Shown here one piece after another: positions 1 to 13,310 of a DNA stretch of 64,000 nt (position 1 is its first letter; every line of letters begins with the position of its first letter). The DNA comes from Octopus vulgaris (taxonomy: Eukaryota), in contig OX597815.1 of assembly GCA_951406725.2 (NCBI GenBank), positions 177,320,001 to 177,384,000 on the forward strand. The letters run 5' to 3'. The translations under genes were made by a program, and so were the position numbers. The notes beneath the pieces are model-generated. The model was not told the origin of the DNA. It saw only the letters and a list, made by a program, of their open reading frames with translations, and searched no databases.

Positions 1-180
1 ATAGAAATCTGTTTATTAATTTCCCTACATCCAAATGTTGGAAATTCAAGCGTGCCATTTACCCTGGAATATGAAGTATATGCCATATTAATTATTTTAA
101 TACTTTTGTCTGCAAAAAGCATAAATACAAAACAGGCTATTAAACTTTGACATACTATTAAACATATGTTTCAGATATTG

Positions 181-347
181 GCTTCAAAGTTTGACACAAG
201 GCTAACATTTTCACTGGTGCTTATTTTATTTGACAGGAAGAAAGGCAGAGTCGACCTGAACGGAATTTGAACTCAAAGCATAAGGGCAGGCTAAATGCGT
301 CTGAGCATTTTGCCCGAAGTGCTAACGACGCTGCTAGCTTCTCACCT
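181..347 (-). mobile_element. Decayed tRNA-derived SINE, family A
   Basis: Reverse complement matches the family A head and B-box region (gagttcaaattccg...ggtcgac) seen at 381 and 1528. Confidence 0.7.
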
Positions 348-380
348 AATATGTAAGTTAGATAATAATTTTGTGTTACG

Positions 381-677
381 AGGCGGCGAGCTGACAGAAT
401 CATTAGTACCCTGGACGAAATGCTTAGCGTATCTCGACTGCCGCTACGTTCTGAGTTCAAACTCCGCCGAGGTCGACTTTGCCTTTCATCCTTTCGGGGT
501 CGATAAATTAAGTACCAGTTACGCACTGGGGTCGATATAATCGACTTAATCCGTTTGTCTGTCCTTGTTTGTCCTCTCTGTGTTTAGCCCCTTGTGGGTA
601 GTAAAGAAATAGGTATTTCACCAGACGCTACATTCTGAGTTCAAATTCCCCCGAGGTCGACTTTGCCTTTCATCATC
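381..677 (+). mobile_element. tRNA-derived SINE family A (Nin/Deu-domain-like core), partial dimer
   Basis: Head ggcggcgagctg, B-box GAGTTCAAAYTCC, core gactttgcctttcatcctttcggggtcgataaattaagtaccag. A second B-box unit restarts at about 615. Confidence 0.85.
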
Positions 678-1527
678 TTGAAAGAAATACAGGATGTATA
701 ATCAAGCGCTAAAATAAACAATATAAATTAATGTACGGTAGAATGAAAGAATGCTAAATATTGCTTTGTCATGTGAATTCTTTGTATCTATATTTTTTTT
801 GCACAAAATGGTCTGTAATTAAAACATGCGCTTGTTATACACAATAAACCACATAAATTGATGTCAAGTTTACATAAAAGTGATCAGAAAATCGATAAAT
901 ATTTTTGTACAAATCGAACGTATCAATTAGTGAAAGGAATTACCATTCGATATTATATATATATTATGCCGAGGGCCGCTTTTGGGCTCGATAAAATAAG
1001 TACCAGTTGAGAACTGGGGATCAACGTATTCGACGTACCTTGTCTCCGTCACAGATGCTGGCTTTGTGCCAAAATTTGAAACCGATATCGTAATTTTACT
1101 TGTTTTTACTATTTTCTGTAAAAAATTTAGCTCCGTAGACCTATTAGAAAACCACAAAGACGTTCATACTCTAAACATAACTGAACACACACAAATATAT
1201 GTCACTCACTCAAATTGGCAGCACAAAAGCAAAAATTAAATAAAATCAGAGAAATTTTTTTCTTATTTAACGAAATTTATCTAAAAATTCATTACAATGA
1301 TACGAACTAGAATTGACAACTAAAAACTAAAGTGAAAATGAAAACACTTTGATATATTAAAATTTCAGATTTTCATCGACTGCTATCATATCATTTTAAT
1401 CTTTTCCTTCTCGCTGGCTTTTTCTAAAATTTTGCACTTACAATTGTTTTTTAACACACCACTAACGTTCATCACGTTTAGAATGCCAAGTACTACTAGT
1501 GTATATTGCGGTATGTAACACATCAGT

Positions 1528-1832
1528 AGCGGCGAGCTGGCAGGAACGTTAGCACGCCGGGCGAAATGCTTAGCGGTATTTCTTCTGTCGTTACGTTCTG
1601 AGTTCAAATTCTGCCGAGGTCGACTTTGCCTTTCATACTTTCGGGGTCGATAAATTAAGTACCAGTTACGCACTGGGGTCGATGTAATCGACTTAATACC
1701 TATGTCTGTCATTGTTTGTCATCTCTGTGGGTAGTAAATAAATAGGTATTTCGTCTGTCGCTACGTTCTGAGTTTAAATTCCGCCGAGGTCGAATTTGCC
1801 TTTCATCCTTTCGGGGTCGATTAAAAAAGTAC
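1528..1832 (+). mobile_element. SINE family A, partial dimer
   Basis: Near-identical to 381-677, including the internal restart after gtatttc. Confidence 0.85.
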
Positions 1833-3037
1833 ACGTGGACAAGTATTTTCTGTATCAACATTGACATCTTGTATGATTCTCATCGGACATTATAATTCTG
1901 ATGTGACAATGTCTACACCGAATTGCGTTTCAGACAGCGGGATGTCTAAAATTTTGGAGCGAATCATTCCACCTCTTTAAAGAAAACCTTTGACAATTTT
2001 CATTCAGTAAAACTCATTGGCAGAAGTAAACTGCTTTACAAACTGTAACCAAAGCTGAAGCGAGGGAAAGCAATCTACGGAACTAGAGAATATATATTTA
2101 CGAAAACCATTCTGAATTTACTTTCAGAATTCATTTATAACATTTAGTGATTTATTTATTATAGATGCTAATAAGAGTAGCAAAGTGATATATCATAGCT
2201 GGAAATAGTTGTATTTCATGAGGATTTGAGTTTATATATATTTAGAATGATCTGGGAATGAATATCAGGAAAAACAAAACGGGCATCTAATATTATTCCC
2301 GAAAAGTCATTTAAATTTGAGATGTGTCTGAAATTCTCTTGTGCTATATAAGCTCTCAGACCGATTGCCTTTTAATACAGGCTGATAGCACTACCTTGAC
2401 AAAATTAAACATGGTTTTGAATTCTTAACAGGTCTTTAGCATCCAAGTAGAAGAACATAATTTAAGCTTGGAAAAACCATGCGCTCAATCCAAGAATTTT
2501 GATAATTTTATGTATTCATGTATTATGCGCAAGCACACGCGCGGAGACACGGACACACACACACACAGAAACAAACAAACATACCTATACACACAAACAT
2601 ATTCAAGCTATTTGATAATGTGTCTCGCTTTTAAGATCGATTCACTACAGTACGAAAATAAGGCTAGGAATGAGAAACATATAATGAATCAAATTCTAGA
2701 GTTACGTTACTAAAGTTATTTGATTCTAGATGGAAATCGAACGAACATTAAATAGTTTTGAGATTATGAAAAAATACTCGTTATACGTTCTCTAGAAACC
2801 TAGCTGTAAGACAAAATCGAAGACACTACCGAAATAATTTACACACTCAAACAATAGTAAACTGTTTAAAAGGATGCTATATACTTGAACGAAGAACTTG
2901 CATGAAATGTAGAAATTTGAGACAAGGCACAACGGTTATTCATTCACAAACAACGTAGTTATTTAAGCAAACATGTTAGTAAAGCGCATTAAACTATCAT
3001 ATTCGTTGTATTAGTTTAGACACTAATATTATATATA

Positions 3038-3238
3038 CAGCAATCCGTCGCCATATCGCAGTTTATTATTTAAGCTTACGTCATTTCTCAGTGGTGTTGT
3101 TTTCCATTTATAATAAAATAAATGTATACAAATTATAAAAGTAATAAAAATATATACAATACTCTCTCTAGTTCGCGGATTTTCACCTATCGCAGGAGGT
3201 TTTGGAAGGTAGCACCTGCGATAATCGAGGGATTGCTG
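3038..3238. mobile_element. Tigger/pogo-like MITE
   Basis: Imperfect TIRs cagcaatccgtcgccatatcgc / gcgataatcgagggattgctg, with TA on the left flank. Confidence 0.6.
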
Positions 3239-4266
3239 TTTTCATATATTTTCATGTATAGTCGTATATAAAAGAGAATCTTCAGAATACATTTAATTAA
3301 ACTCTAATTCTAATTTATTTTCTCTAACATTAATTAATCCCCTCTAATCGAAAACTGATTATCTTTCAAGAAAATTTAAAAGATTGGGATTATTCCCTTA
3401 TTGGCTTACCTGAGTTGTATTTACTTACAAATACATCAATATACAGAAATCCTATAATTTTGAGACCAACCAATGACCAATTAGTTTTGCTATTATTTGT
3501 GCATTGAAAGAGAGCAAATTTGAGAATGCGAATCAAATCGTCATCTAATGGTCCCTTTTAAAGAAAGGGTCCCAGTGTTGTTAGTGTTCATGTTAAAATA
3601 TTTAGTGTCAATAAAGATTTTATTTGATAATCAGTTCTCGTTATCAACATTCATAACTTTTTTTTTGCAAGCTAGTTATATTCATATTTTACACTCGTTA
3701 GCGGATATCTTAAATATTCATTAGGTGTTTTTAGTTTTCAACATCAATTATAATAAATCATTTTTCTTTGTTTATAGATTTTTGCATAACAAATACAATA
3801 TTCCCTCACGAAACAACTAAATGACTCTGTGTCAATTAAAAAAACGAAAAGTACCAATAAAAATATTTTAGATTCTTCGTTACAACGCCATTTTTCTCTT
3901 CTTTAGCTATATTGTATTTCTGAGTCAAGTGTTGTAATATTAATGATCCCACAGTTGCGTAATTGATGCGAAACTACTCTTTCAACAGAGTGAACCCACA
4001 TTACGGTTTCGAATTTGCCAGTAAACTGCGTTTTACTCTACGATGTGTAACATACATTTATGTAATATCTATTAAATCCATTCATTATTTATATTGTCAT
4101 GGGTAACTGAATAATCACCGTTTGCGTTTACAACGCATGATTGCTAATTCTCTAAGTAGCAATTGTACCTGCCTATTTTCGCCGATCACCACAGCAACAT
4201 TTGAAAATATACAACCAGCTGAATGCTGCATTAATATTTTTGTGTAGAAAAGGAATTCATATTTTT

Positions 4267-4470
4267 GTGGCAGAAACGTTAGCACTCTGGGCGAAATGCT
4301 TAACAGTATTTCGTCTGTCTTTACGTTCTGACTTCAAATTCCGCCGAGATCGACTTTGCATTCCATCCTTTCGGGGTCAATAAATTAAGTATCGGTTGAG
4401 AACTGGGGTCAATTTAATCGACTGGTCCCCTCCCACAAAATTTCGGGACTTGTGTCTAAAGTAGCAAAGA
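4267..4470 (+). mobile_element. SINE family A
   Basis: tggcagaaacgttagcac...ttcaaattccgccgagatcgactttgc...ctggggtc matches family A. Confidence 0.8.
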
Positions 4471-6059
4471 ATATTTTTGTGTAGAAGTATCAATATTATT
4501 AATAACCTCAAATTGCTGTCAATGAAAATTTAAACTTCAATAATTTTTGTAATAACAGGGAAATCTCTGCGACAAAATTCTGACTTGCATTTTCTTCGTC
4601 ACTTAATTGTGCAGCAATCCTTTAACACCCGGTTTACTGAAATATATCAATTTAGAAACAATTGCCCTGCTCACTATATAATCTGATCGTTTGTGTTTTA
4701 TTTCAAACTAGTTCCAGTCCAGAGACTACTGCCATTCTGAAGCACCACTTTGAAGAATGGGCAGTTTCTTTTTTCCTAATTCACTTTCTCAAATATGAAA
4801 AAGTGTCGAAATTAAACGCATTTCCACGCCCCCAGAAAAAAAACAATGTGTCCACATAAATAAAAAAAAAACCCATAAAACTGATGGAAACTTTAACAGA
4901 TTCCTTTCCCACATTTCTCTCCGTTTTCTTTGCGTCTTTCTCTTCGGCTCTCACGAGGATACTTACATCTCTAAACAGCTCTGTCATTTTATCGCTCTAT
5001 TTTCGATATAATGATCACTGTTAGATATATATGGAGACATTATTATTATTATTGCAGCGGAGAAAATCTTAATGCAACATTAGCGAATATCCTCTTCTGA
5101 AATATTCGTGCGAATTTGCAATCATTAACAGGTCGAAATTACGAAATAAATCTACAACAGTTAAGATCAGATCATTAAAAAGGAAAGGAAAAACACCTTT
5201 AAATATTTAGAATGTTTGTTATTGGACATCGTTCCTCTGAACCCAAATGTAAAACAGTTTCACATGAATTACTCAATAATACAAGCATCAAATAAAAAAA
5301 AATAACCATTAAACGCAACAAAAAATAAACATCAAGAATAAATAACAACGTGTTAAGGCAAAAGCGATAGTTAAAACAACAAACAATGCGAATAAAATTG
5401 GCAAGACAATAAATCAAATGGATGGAATTAGAGGAATTAGAATGTGTTAACACAGCGGAGGATCGATAAATGAATTAAAATTTAAAAAAGCGACAATAAA
5501 AAGAAACAACATTTATAGAAAAAATATGCAAGAAAAATAAATGAAAATAATACAAATGAAAAGCTCTATCAAATAAAATTATCACAAAGAATTGGAGATG
5601 AGCAGAACGTAGATCGGATACGCTGGCAAATGAATGTGTTTTTCTTTTGTTAACGAGTAATTCTCTCCTATCATTTACATCTTATTCTCATACACATTAG
5701 ATGCGTTAGAAGATATGCAGATGTATACAAGCTGTACATATGTATACACACACGCACATACATACATATGTGTGTTTATGTTTGTGTATACCTAGTTACA
5801 TACAGGTAGACATCGATATATATATTGAAGTATATTGAGATTTATGCTGAGCCATAAAAGATATATTGAAGAACTTACCAAACTTTTCTACAGTCTGTCT
5901 CTTCTGCATAGTGACGCATATATAAATACGCATTCACATTAAATCTGGCACGTACACAACATAAAAACGCGATCAGCCACCACACGTGCAGATATGTAAT
6001 TGTTCGTCTGGGGAACAGCATTTTATAAACATGTTCGTTTAAAAAAAGGCAGAAACATA

Positions 6060-6350
6060 ACAATGGACCAGCTAAAATTTCCTTATGCACCGGACATCTC
6101 CGCCCGTAACGTAGGGCAGAGAACAATAAACAATGATAAAAGAAGAATGACCGGCTGCTCTCAGTTTGTGCCGGTCACCGTTGAGACCTCACTTATTCTC
6201 GGACCCCGGACTGTCGATATCCTTCGCAAAATCGGGATAAGCATGATCTGTGTGAGAAATGATGTCTATGAGGTGAGCTGGCTGCTCTCTGCGGCAATAC
6301 CTTTGCAATCATGTCCGCGAGGCACGGCTAAGTACGCCCTTTGTTCTGGC
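6060..6350 (+). pseudogene. 3' fragment of a CRE-clade-like non-LTR retrotransposon (REL endonuclease C-terminus)
   Basis: Translation QFVPVTVETSLILGPRTVDILRKIG...EVSWL resembles the FVPxAVETxGxxGP...L.RIS.AI.RGNA motif of CRE-like ORFs. Confidence 0.6.
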
Positions 6351-7317
6351 GCAACTCGTCACTCTCTCTCTCTCTTCTTCATCTTCTGTTACTTGATTTC
6401 CCCATAGATTTCTTTTTCTTTGTTTCCTTGTGATGTTTTTTTAATGTTGTTTTTTTCCCATCTTTCTGTCCCTCCTGTAAGGTAAAACATCAAATAGTGA
6501 GTTTCCATCAAATCGTATTCGTATGTTCTCAAAAAACACCTTGCAGATAGTTTGGAACACTACAATTTCTATATTCAAATGTATCAGTGATTCTATGCTA
6601 TCATAATATTATCAGAACATGAAAAATGTCAGCTTCGGAATTTCCACATTATGGTAGTCAGGATAATGTTATTTTTTGATGGCGACATCATCACGCACGC
6701 AGTCAGTCATTAAAGTCAGATGTCTTCTAGAAGGTGCCAATGTCCTTTCGTGAAGTATGTATAATGTCTGCTTCTTTTAGAATTATGTTGCGATTTTATT
6801 GTGATATGAGAATTGCATCCATTCGTTGTTATTGTACTGAATACTACATTCACCGCTGCATGTACGGATGAAAGGAGCATTCTAGATATATAGACAGAGA
6901 GGTTGATTTCATTCTCAATAACATGATAGTAGTAAATTCACTCTCTGACTAGATTTTCTCACTTTGTTATTTAGATCTGTCAATGGGGAGGGGTATATTA
7001 TTTTTGGTTGGATGGAGACAGAATATTTCTATTTATGAATATAGGAAGGGGTAGAACAAATGTGAAAACCATAAACCTATTCCCATTTTGAGGAATTCAG
7101 TTTAGGTACATTTGAATGAATTATAGCAAAAAGCTAGTAGGTTGAAGTTAGAGGTGTAGGGGAACATAGACTACTAGTGCTCTAGAGGTTTTAGTGTCCC
7201 TTACCATTTGACATCCAGATTCTTTATTAAGAAATTTAAGTAAATATTCTTTAGACAATTTTCTAAAGGATTTCAATAAATATTAGTATCTTATATAGGG
7301 ATAGAAAATATAGAAAT

Positions 7318-7810
7318 CATTTCATATTTATATAAATATATATATATCCATTTCTATTACTATATAATCATAATTAGCTAGTAAATGGGGATTTTTTTAA
7401 TGAGTTGAATTAAAAGAAAATGTTAGACATAATATTTACTAACTGAGGAAAAAACTTTATTAATTTAGCACATATATCAGATGTCAATGAAATATATTAA
7501 AAAGTAATGGAAGGGAGGTAATCAAGATGAACCATGTAATTTCTCTAGATATATAGAATTTTTTGCAATTATTTCATATTTATATATCTCCATTTCTATT
7601 AATATAGAATCATAATTAGCTAGTAAATGGTGATTTGATTTATTAATGAGTCGAATTAAAAGAATATGTGAGACATAATATTTACTACCCGTGGAGAAAA
7701 ACGTTATCAATTTAGTAAATATATCAGGAGTCAATAAGATATAAAAAATATTGGAAGGGGGGTAATCAAGATGAACCAAGTAATTTCCCTAGATATATAG
7801 AATTTTTTTT
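7318..7810 (+). repeat. Diverged tandem duplication, about 250-bp unit x2
   Basis: 7318-7562 and 7570-7810 share tttcatatttatata...aatcataattagctagtaaatgg...ggtaatcaagatgaacca...ctagatatatagaatttt. Confidence 0.85.
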
Positions 7811-7837
7811 CCATCGATATAGGAGAGTATCAAAAAA

Positions 7838-8025
7838 ATTCTAATTTCATTATATTCAGATTTATATATATATACGTTTAAATATTTAAATAAGATTAAG
7901 ATTAATGTAAAAAATAAATAACACTGAAGCAAAATAACACCAAATATATAGTGCGTGTGTTTTTATTGGCAAAATGACCATTCCGAAATATATATATATA
8001 AATCTGAATATAATGAACTTAGAAT
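7838..8025. repeat. Fold-back with about 37-bp inverted arms (MITE-like)
   Basis: attctaatttcattatattcagatttatatatata versus tatatatataaatctgaatataatgaacttagaat. Confidence 0.65.
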
Positions 8026-8061
8026 ATCTTGAAATACTGAAGAATAAATTTATTCAATTGA

Positions 8062-8751
8062 ATTGCCATTGGCTTCAACCACGGCCCCCAGACGACTTCG
8101 GAATCTCCTGCCTCTTGTCTGGACGGTCTCCTTGTTTAAGTTGGTGAATGCTGCCATAATCCTTGACTTGAGCTCATCTTTGGTGTTATAATGAATTTTG
8201 TTGGTCTCTCGCTCAACTGTACCTCACACATAATAATTAAGAGGGTTGCAGTCTGGGGAGTTATGTGGCCAGATGCTACTGTTTATGTGGTCGTGAAAGC
8301 TGTCTGACAGCCATGAATATTGTCCTGCTTGTGTGGCATGGTGCAGAGTCCTTTTGCCAGACACAGGTTCTTCCAGTAGCCAATCTCTTGACCCAGGGAG
8401 ACACTACCTCCTTCAGGCACCTGATGTAGGCCTCCGTGTTGAGTCTGAGGCCGTGCGGGGATGAGGAATGGAGGCATGATATTGACTGGATGTTTGATTT
8501 TTATCACACTCGCCATATGTTTGTATTGGTACACGCTCGTATTGGAGCTTCCGCCGCGAATATCAAGCAGTACAGCATGTCCTTTTCAAATTTCTGGCAT
8601 AGAGAATAGCGACATCATGCTGTTTTTCTCATAAACGTTGCTCAACTGACCTTACTATAATGTGTCGTCGATAAAATCACAGACAAGCAATGTGCATGCG
8701 CGAAATATAAAAAATATAAAATGGCCATAATTTACCCATTACACGCTGTAT
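8062..8751 (-). pseudogene. Tc1/mariner (maT/DD37D-like) transposase remnant
   Basis: Minus-strand motifs VWQKDSAPCH and IWPHNSPDCNPLNYYV*G...KDELKSRIMAAF...RFRSRLGAVVEANG. A TIR-like tacagcgtgtaatgggtaaa lies at about 8730-8751. Confidence 0.8.
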
Positions 8752-8834
8752 ATTTATATATATACCTATATATACACATATACATACATACATACATACA
8801 TATATATATATATATCAATGTGCATATATCATCG

Positions 8835-9020
8835 TGTTTGTGTTTGTGTCCACCACTTCCTGACAGCGGGTGTTGGTGTGATCACGTATATATAACTTAG
8901 CGCTCTGGCAAAAAAGCCCGATAGCATAAGTACCAAGCTTCAAACAATAAGCAGAGGAGTCGAATTGCTCGACTCAGATCCCTTAAGGCGGTGCCCCAGT
9001 ATAGCCGAAACAAATAAAAG
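8835..9020 (+). mobile_element. SINE family B, 3' half
   Basis: gtgtttgtgtcc...taacttagcg...taaggcggtgccccagtatagccg matches the family B 3' part. Confidence 0.65.
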
Positions 9021-9916
9021 ATTAAATAAATCATGAAAGCTATGTTTATGCATGTATGAATTATAGTAAGATTTCCGATTCTGTTTGTATGTGTATTCCT
9101 TTGTTTTAGACAACGCATTGTCACGCTAAAATGTTTCGAATAATATTATGTTTTAGAAGAAGCCCATCTCAAGATTTTTCATGCAAAACTGATTCGTACT
9201 TTTCTCGAAACGCAAGAATATTTTCATAGCTAAACCAACACTGTTCGACAGATTGTCATTACTGACGACAAAAGGAGAAAAAAAACACAAGACCTTGCAT
9301 GTCACGCACATACGTATGCAGATCGTACACATACAAGCACACACACACATGCACAAGCATTTATACATTTAGCCGACACATTCATAAAGCGTAACACTAT
9401 GATCAACAGTACAAATATTTATAACATCTAAACGAACCTAAAGGAAGAGTTGGCAAAAGTCATGATTGGCATCCATGTTTGATACATCAAATATTCTATT
9501 ATGAATTTCATTTTGGTTTCTAACACGATTTCTTTAGTTCTGCTTGTCTCTCCGTCTCTCTGTCTCTCGGTTGTTGTCTCTGTCTCTCTATCTCTGTAAC
9601 TAACTTTTTCTTGCTGATACACGTTCTCTGTCACCTATAGTTAGATATTCTGTATGCACGCATGTATTCATACGCACGCGCACACATGCACGCACGCGAG
9701 GAGGTGTTGAAAAGTTCCTGGCTTTGTGTAACAGAATATACAGGAGGAACAATTAATCTATGGTTTATTCAACATATTCCGGTTCCGTCTCTCAGGCTTT
9801 CTAAGCCCTGCAAAAAATCTCCGAAGTTATGGCCTTCAAGCGCGCCTTTCGCGATACGCCTTTCGCGATACTCTTAAAACCAAGAACTATATATATATAT
9901 ATCATATACATATATA

Positions 9917-10068
9917 TACGACGGCCTCATTCCAGTTTCCGTCTACCAAATCCACTCACAACGCTTTGATCGCCCCGAGGCTATAGTAGGAGACACCTGC
10001 CCAAGGTGCCACGTAGTAGGATTGAATCCAGAACCAAACAAGGCACTTACCACACAGCCACAGCTGCG

Positions 10069-10071
<3 letters not shown>
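9917..10071 (-). mobile_element. SINE family B (CORE-like), 5' half
   Basis: Reverse complement gcgcagctgtggctgtgtggtaag...gtggcaccttgggcag...gtggatttggtagacggaaactg. Confidence 0.75.
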
Positions 10072-10106
<35 letters not shown>

Positions 10107-10190
10107 TAGAAGAAATAAGGTACTAATAAATATACATACTAATAATAAACAACATACTAAGTAATATCTGTAAACGTATATATATATATA

Positions 10191-10263
10191 GGGCTCGTGG
10201 CGCAATGGATAACGCGTCTGACTACGGATCAGAAGATTCTAGGTTCGAATCCTGGTGAGCTCG
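10191..10263 (+). tRNA. tRNA-Arg-ACG: tRNA-Arg (anticodon ACG)
   Basis: GGGCTCGTGGCGCAATGGATAACGCGTCTGACTACGGATCAGAAGATTCTAGGTTCGAATCCTGGTGAGCTCG forms a 73-nt cloverleaf. All stems pair (with G-U), anticodon arm TCTGA-CTACGGA-TCAGA, A and B boxes intact, and it is very close to the metazoan tRNA-Arg(ACG) consensus. Confidence 0.92.
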
Positions 10264-10332
10264 CAACTTATTTAAGGCGGTGCACCAGCATGGCCGCAGT
10301 CAAATGACTGCAACAAGTAAAAGAGTAAAAGA

Positions 10333-10371
<39 letters not shown>

Positions 10372-10409
10372 CATATATATATTCAAGCACACGCATTCAT
10401 ATACACACG

Positions 10410-10444
<35 letters not shown>

Positions 10445-10739
10445 TAATAAATAAAATAAAAATTATGCATATATATAAACATATATGTACGTAACTACCT
10501 CTACATGTACATATACACGCATATATGAGTATATATATATATATATATATACATAGAGAGAGAGAGAGAGAGAGAGAAACAGACATACAGACAAATATAT
10601 AGATATATATAGATATATGAAGGACAATAATATATGAACGTCATGAAAATATATGTATTTGCCAACATGTTATTCTTTCGCATTTTAGAATATAATTTTT
10701 TCCTAGTCTTAACGTTATGCTATAATTTTTATAATGTTT

Positions 10740-11340
10740 TTTCTATTCCTTCGATTCTAACAAATGCACCCAATGAGATCAGACACTCAGTGCAATTGGA
10801 TTAGACACAGATACATTGTAAAGTTCATTATGGTGTAGCCTCGACAACAGGAATCATAATAAACGAAAACTGAAGTCTTTGCACTCATTATGATATTGGT
10901 ATTACATCAGTTTCAGAAGTATACATTATACAAAATTCGTGAGATGGAATAGGAAGAACTTCTCTGGTTAGTTAGTAATCCACGATATCGATCTGGACAA
11001 TTCGGCAGTTGGTTTTGTTTTCATCAATATTAAACCAGTTGGTGTTGGCAATAATGCAATTCCATTGCATAATTTTCGCAACTGCTTCTTTGTTACTGCA
11101 AATTATCGCAGTTTTTCTGGCGAGGTACAGTTCGTTTTATATGGGTCTCGTTAGTTTATTTTAGTGCTTTCCATCGAGTTATCCAATGACATTCAAGCAT
11201 TAGATATGGTTACGTGTTTTTAATAATTTAGTATGGTGGTCTGTTTGAAAATGTATAACTAAATAATTCGCTTCGTAATTTACTATATATTCGTGCCTAT
11301 GCATGCTTGGGTCTGTGTGAGTTTTGTAGTAGACTTTAGG
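10740..11340 (-). pseudogene. Possible highly decayed Helitron Pif1-helicase fragment
   Basis: Scattered minus-strand motifs in the expected order: YKTH..VNYEANYL, KLCNG, QRLQF. Heavily disrupted. Confidence 0.3.
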
Positions 11341-11950
11341 TTTTCTATCGATTTTTGTATTGCTATCATAGACGTATTTCATATATCAAGCGGCCCCTTG
11401 TGAAATAATGGACTATTTAACTAATTGAGAAACTATTAAATTTCAGTCTTTTTATGATAGTGTTAGGCTACAGTTGCTTCTCCAAGGCATTCTCAACACA
11501 AGTTCTTTCAATTTACTTTGTTTCAAAGCTAAGACAAGACAAAGCAAATCAAAGATTTAACAGCATTTGAGCAAAACTTCATTAAATGTTTGATTCTAAG
11601 TCGCTAGGGCCATTTGTTAAGCCACTGAAACCAATTGCTGCCTGAGTGAGAATTCAACTGAAATGTAGTCTTCAATATATAGATGAATCGTATGTATATA
11701 TAAAAAAAAAAATATATATATATATATGACAGTTTGCTTAAATATAGTCATAATAAACGGCCCATCATTAAATTATCAGTCCACTTTGCGCATTTTTACA
11801 GTGCAACGCGTATGTGTTGTTTTTTTTAGAAGGGAAACATTGACAATAATTTCAGAGTTTCGATTTACTAGCCGTCACCACACGAAAATTGGAAGTTACG
11901 CACGTCAATATTGCGTTGTAAAAATTCACTCACACACTCAAAAACATATG

Positions 11951-12298
<348 letters not shown>

Positions 12299-13079
12299 AA
12301 ACAACTTGAAAAGGATTTGGTATATATAATATAATGAAGATACTCAAACTTCCAAATTTAGAACTCATTAATTTTCAATAATGCCCGTTACCATTGCATA
12401 CTCAGAAATTTTGTGGAATTGTTGACTCCTAGCATCTGTTGAAAAATGCTGCAGCCAATTCTAGATAGAAAATGATGCATCGGATTTTAGGAAAACGAAA
12501 CGTTTTAAGAGGACCCAACGATACCATGTTCAGGATTCAACTTTTGAAAGTTGATCCTGCAATCTCAATGAAACTGACTTGACCTATTTTGTTTGATTAT
12601 CTGGAGTGTTTCCACCACGCTTTTAAGATTTCAAATCTAATATTTAGCTTTCATATGCGAGTAGTTGCATTTACAAAATGTCTTCACTAATAAATAAGTT
12701 TTGATTCTCATAACGTATGTAATAGTAAGCTAGTGATATGCATAGATTTAGATTTTAATAAAATGTGTATTGATCTTCATAATGTATCAAGTTTTGTACT
12801 TCAGGCATTCAAAATACATATTTCATCAAAATGATGACATCTATATTTACCAATTATTCTGGATAATCTAGACATTACACTGAGACATGAGCCCTTTGTC
12901 ACATAAAAATGTCCAAATCTTTGGCCGATTTCACTCAGCAACGTAACTGACAATTAATAAATCATGATTATGCTTGCAAATAAGTCCAAGCACAAATTTT
13001 CTTACACACACCCACACCCACACACGCGTACGCACACATACACGTATATATATATATATATATATTTTCACCCATGTGA

Positions 13080-13310
13080 AGGTGGCGAGCTGGCAGAAAC
13101 GTTAGCACGTTGGGCGAAATACATAGCCGTAATTTGTCTGCCGTTACGTTATGAGTTCAAATTACGCCGAGGTTGACTTTGCCTTTCATCCTTTCGGTGT
13201 CGATAAATCAAGTACCAGTTACACACTGGGTTTGATGTAATCGACTTAATCCCTTTGTCTGTCCTTGTTTGTCCACTCTATGTTTAGCCCCTTGTGGGCA
13301 ATTAAGAAAT
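13080..13310 (+). mobile_element. SINE family A
   Basis: ggtggcgagctggcagaaacgttagcacg...gagttcaaatt...tttagccccttgtggg. Confidence 0.85.

Noticed and set aside
381-470. SINE heads as tRNA genes
   Set aside because: They have A/B boxes but do not fold into a cloverleaf, and they continue into repeat bodies.
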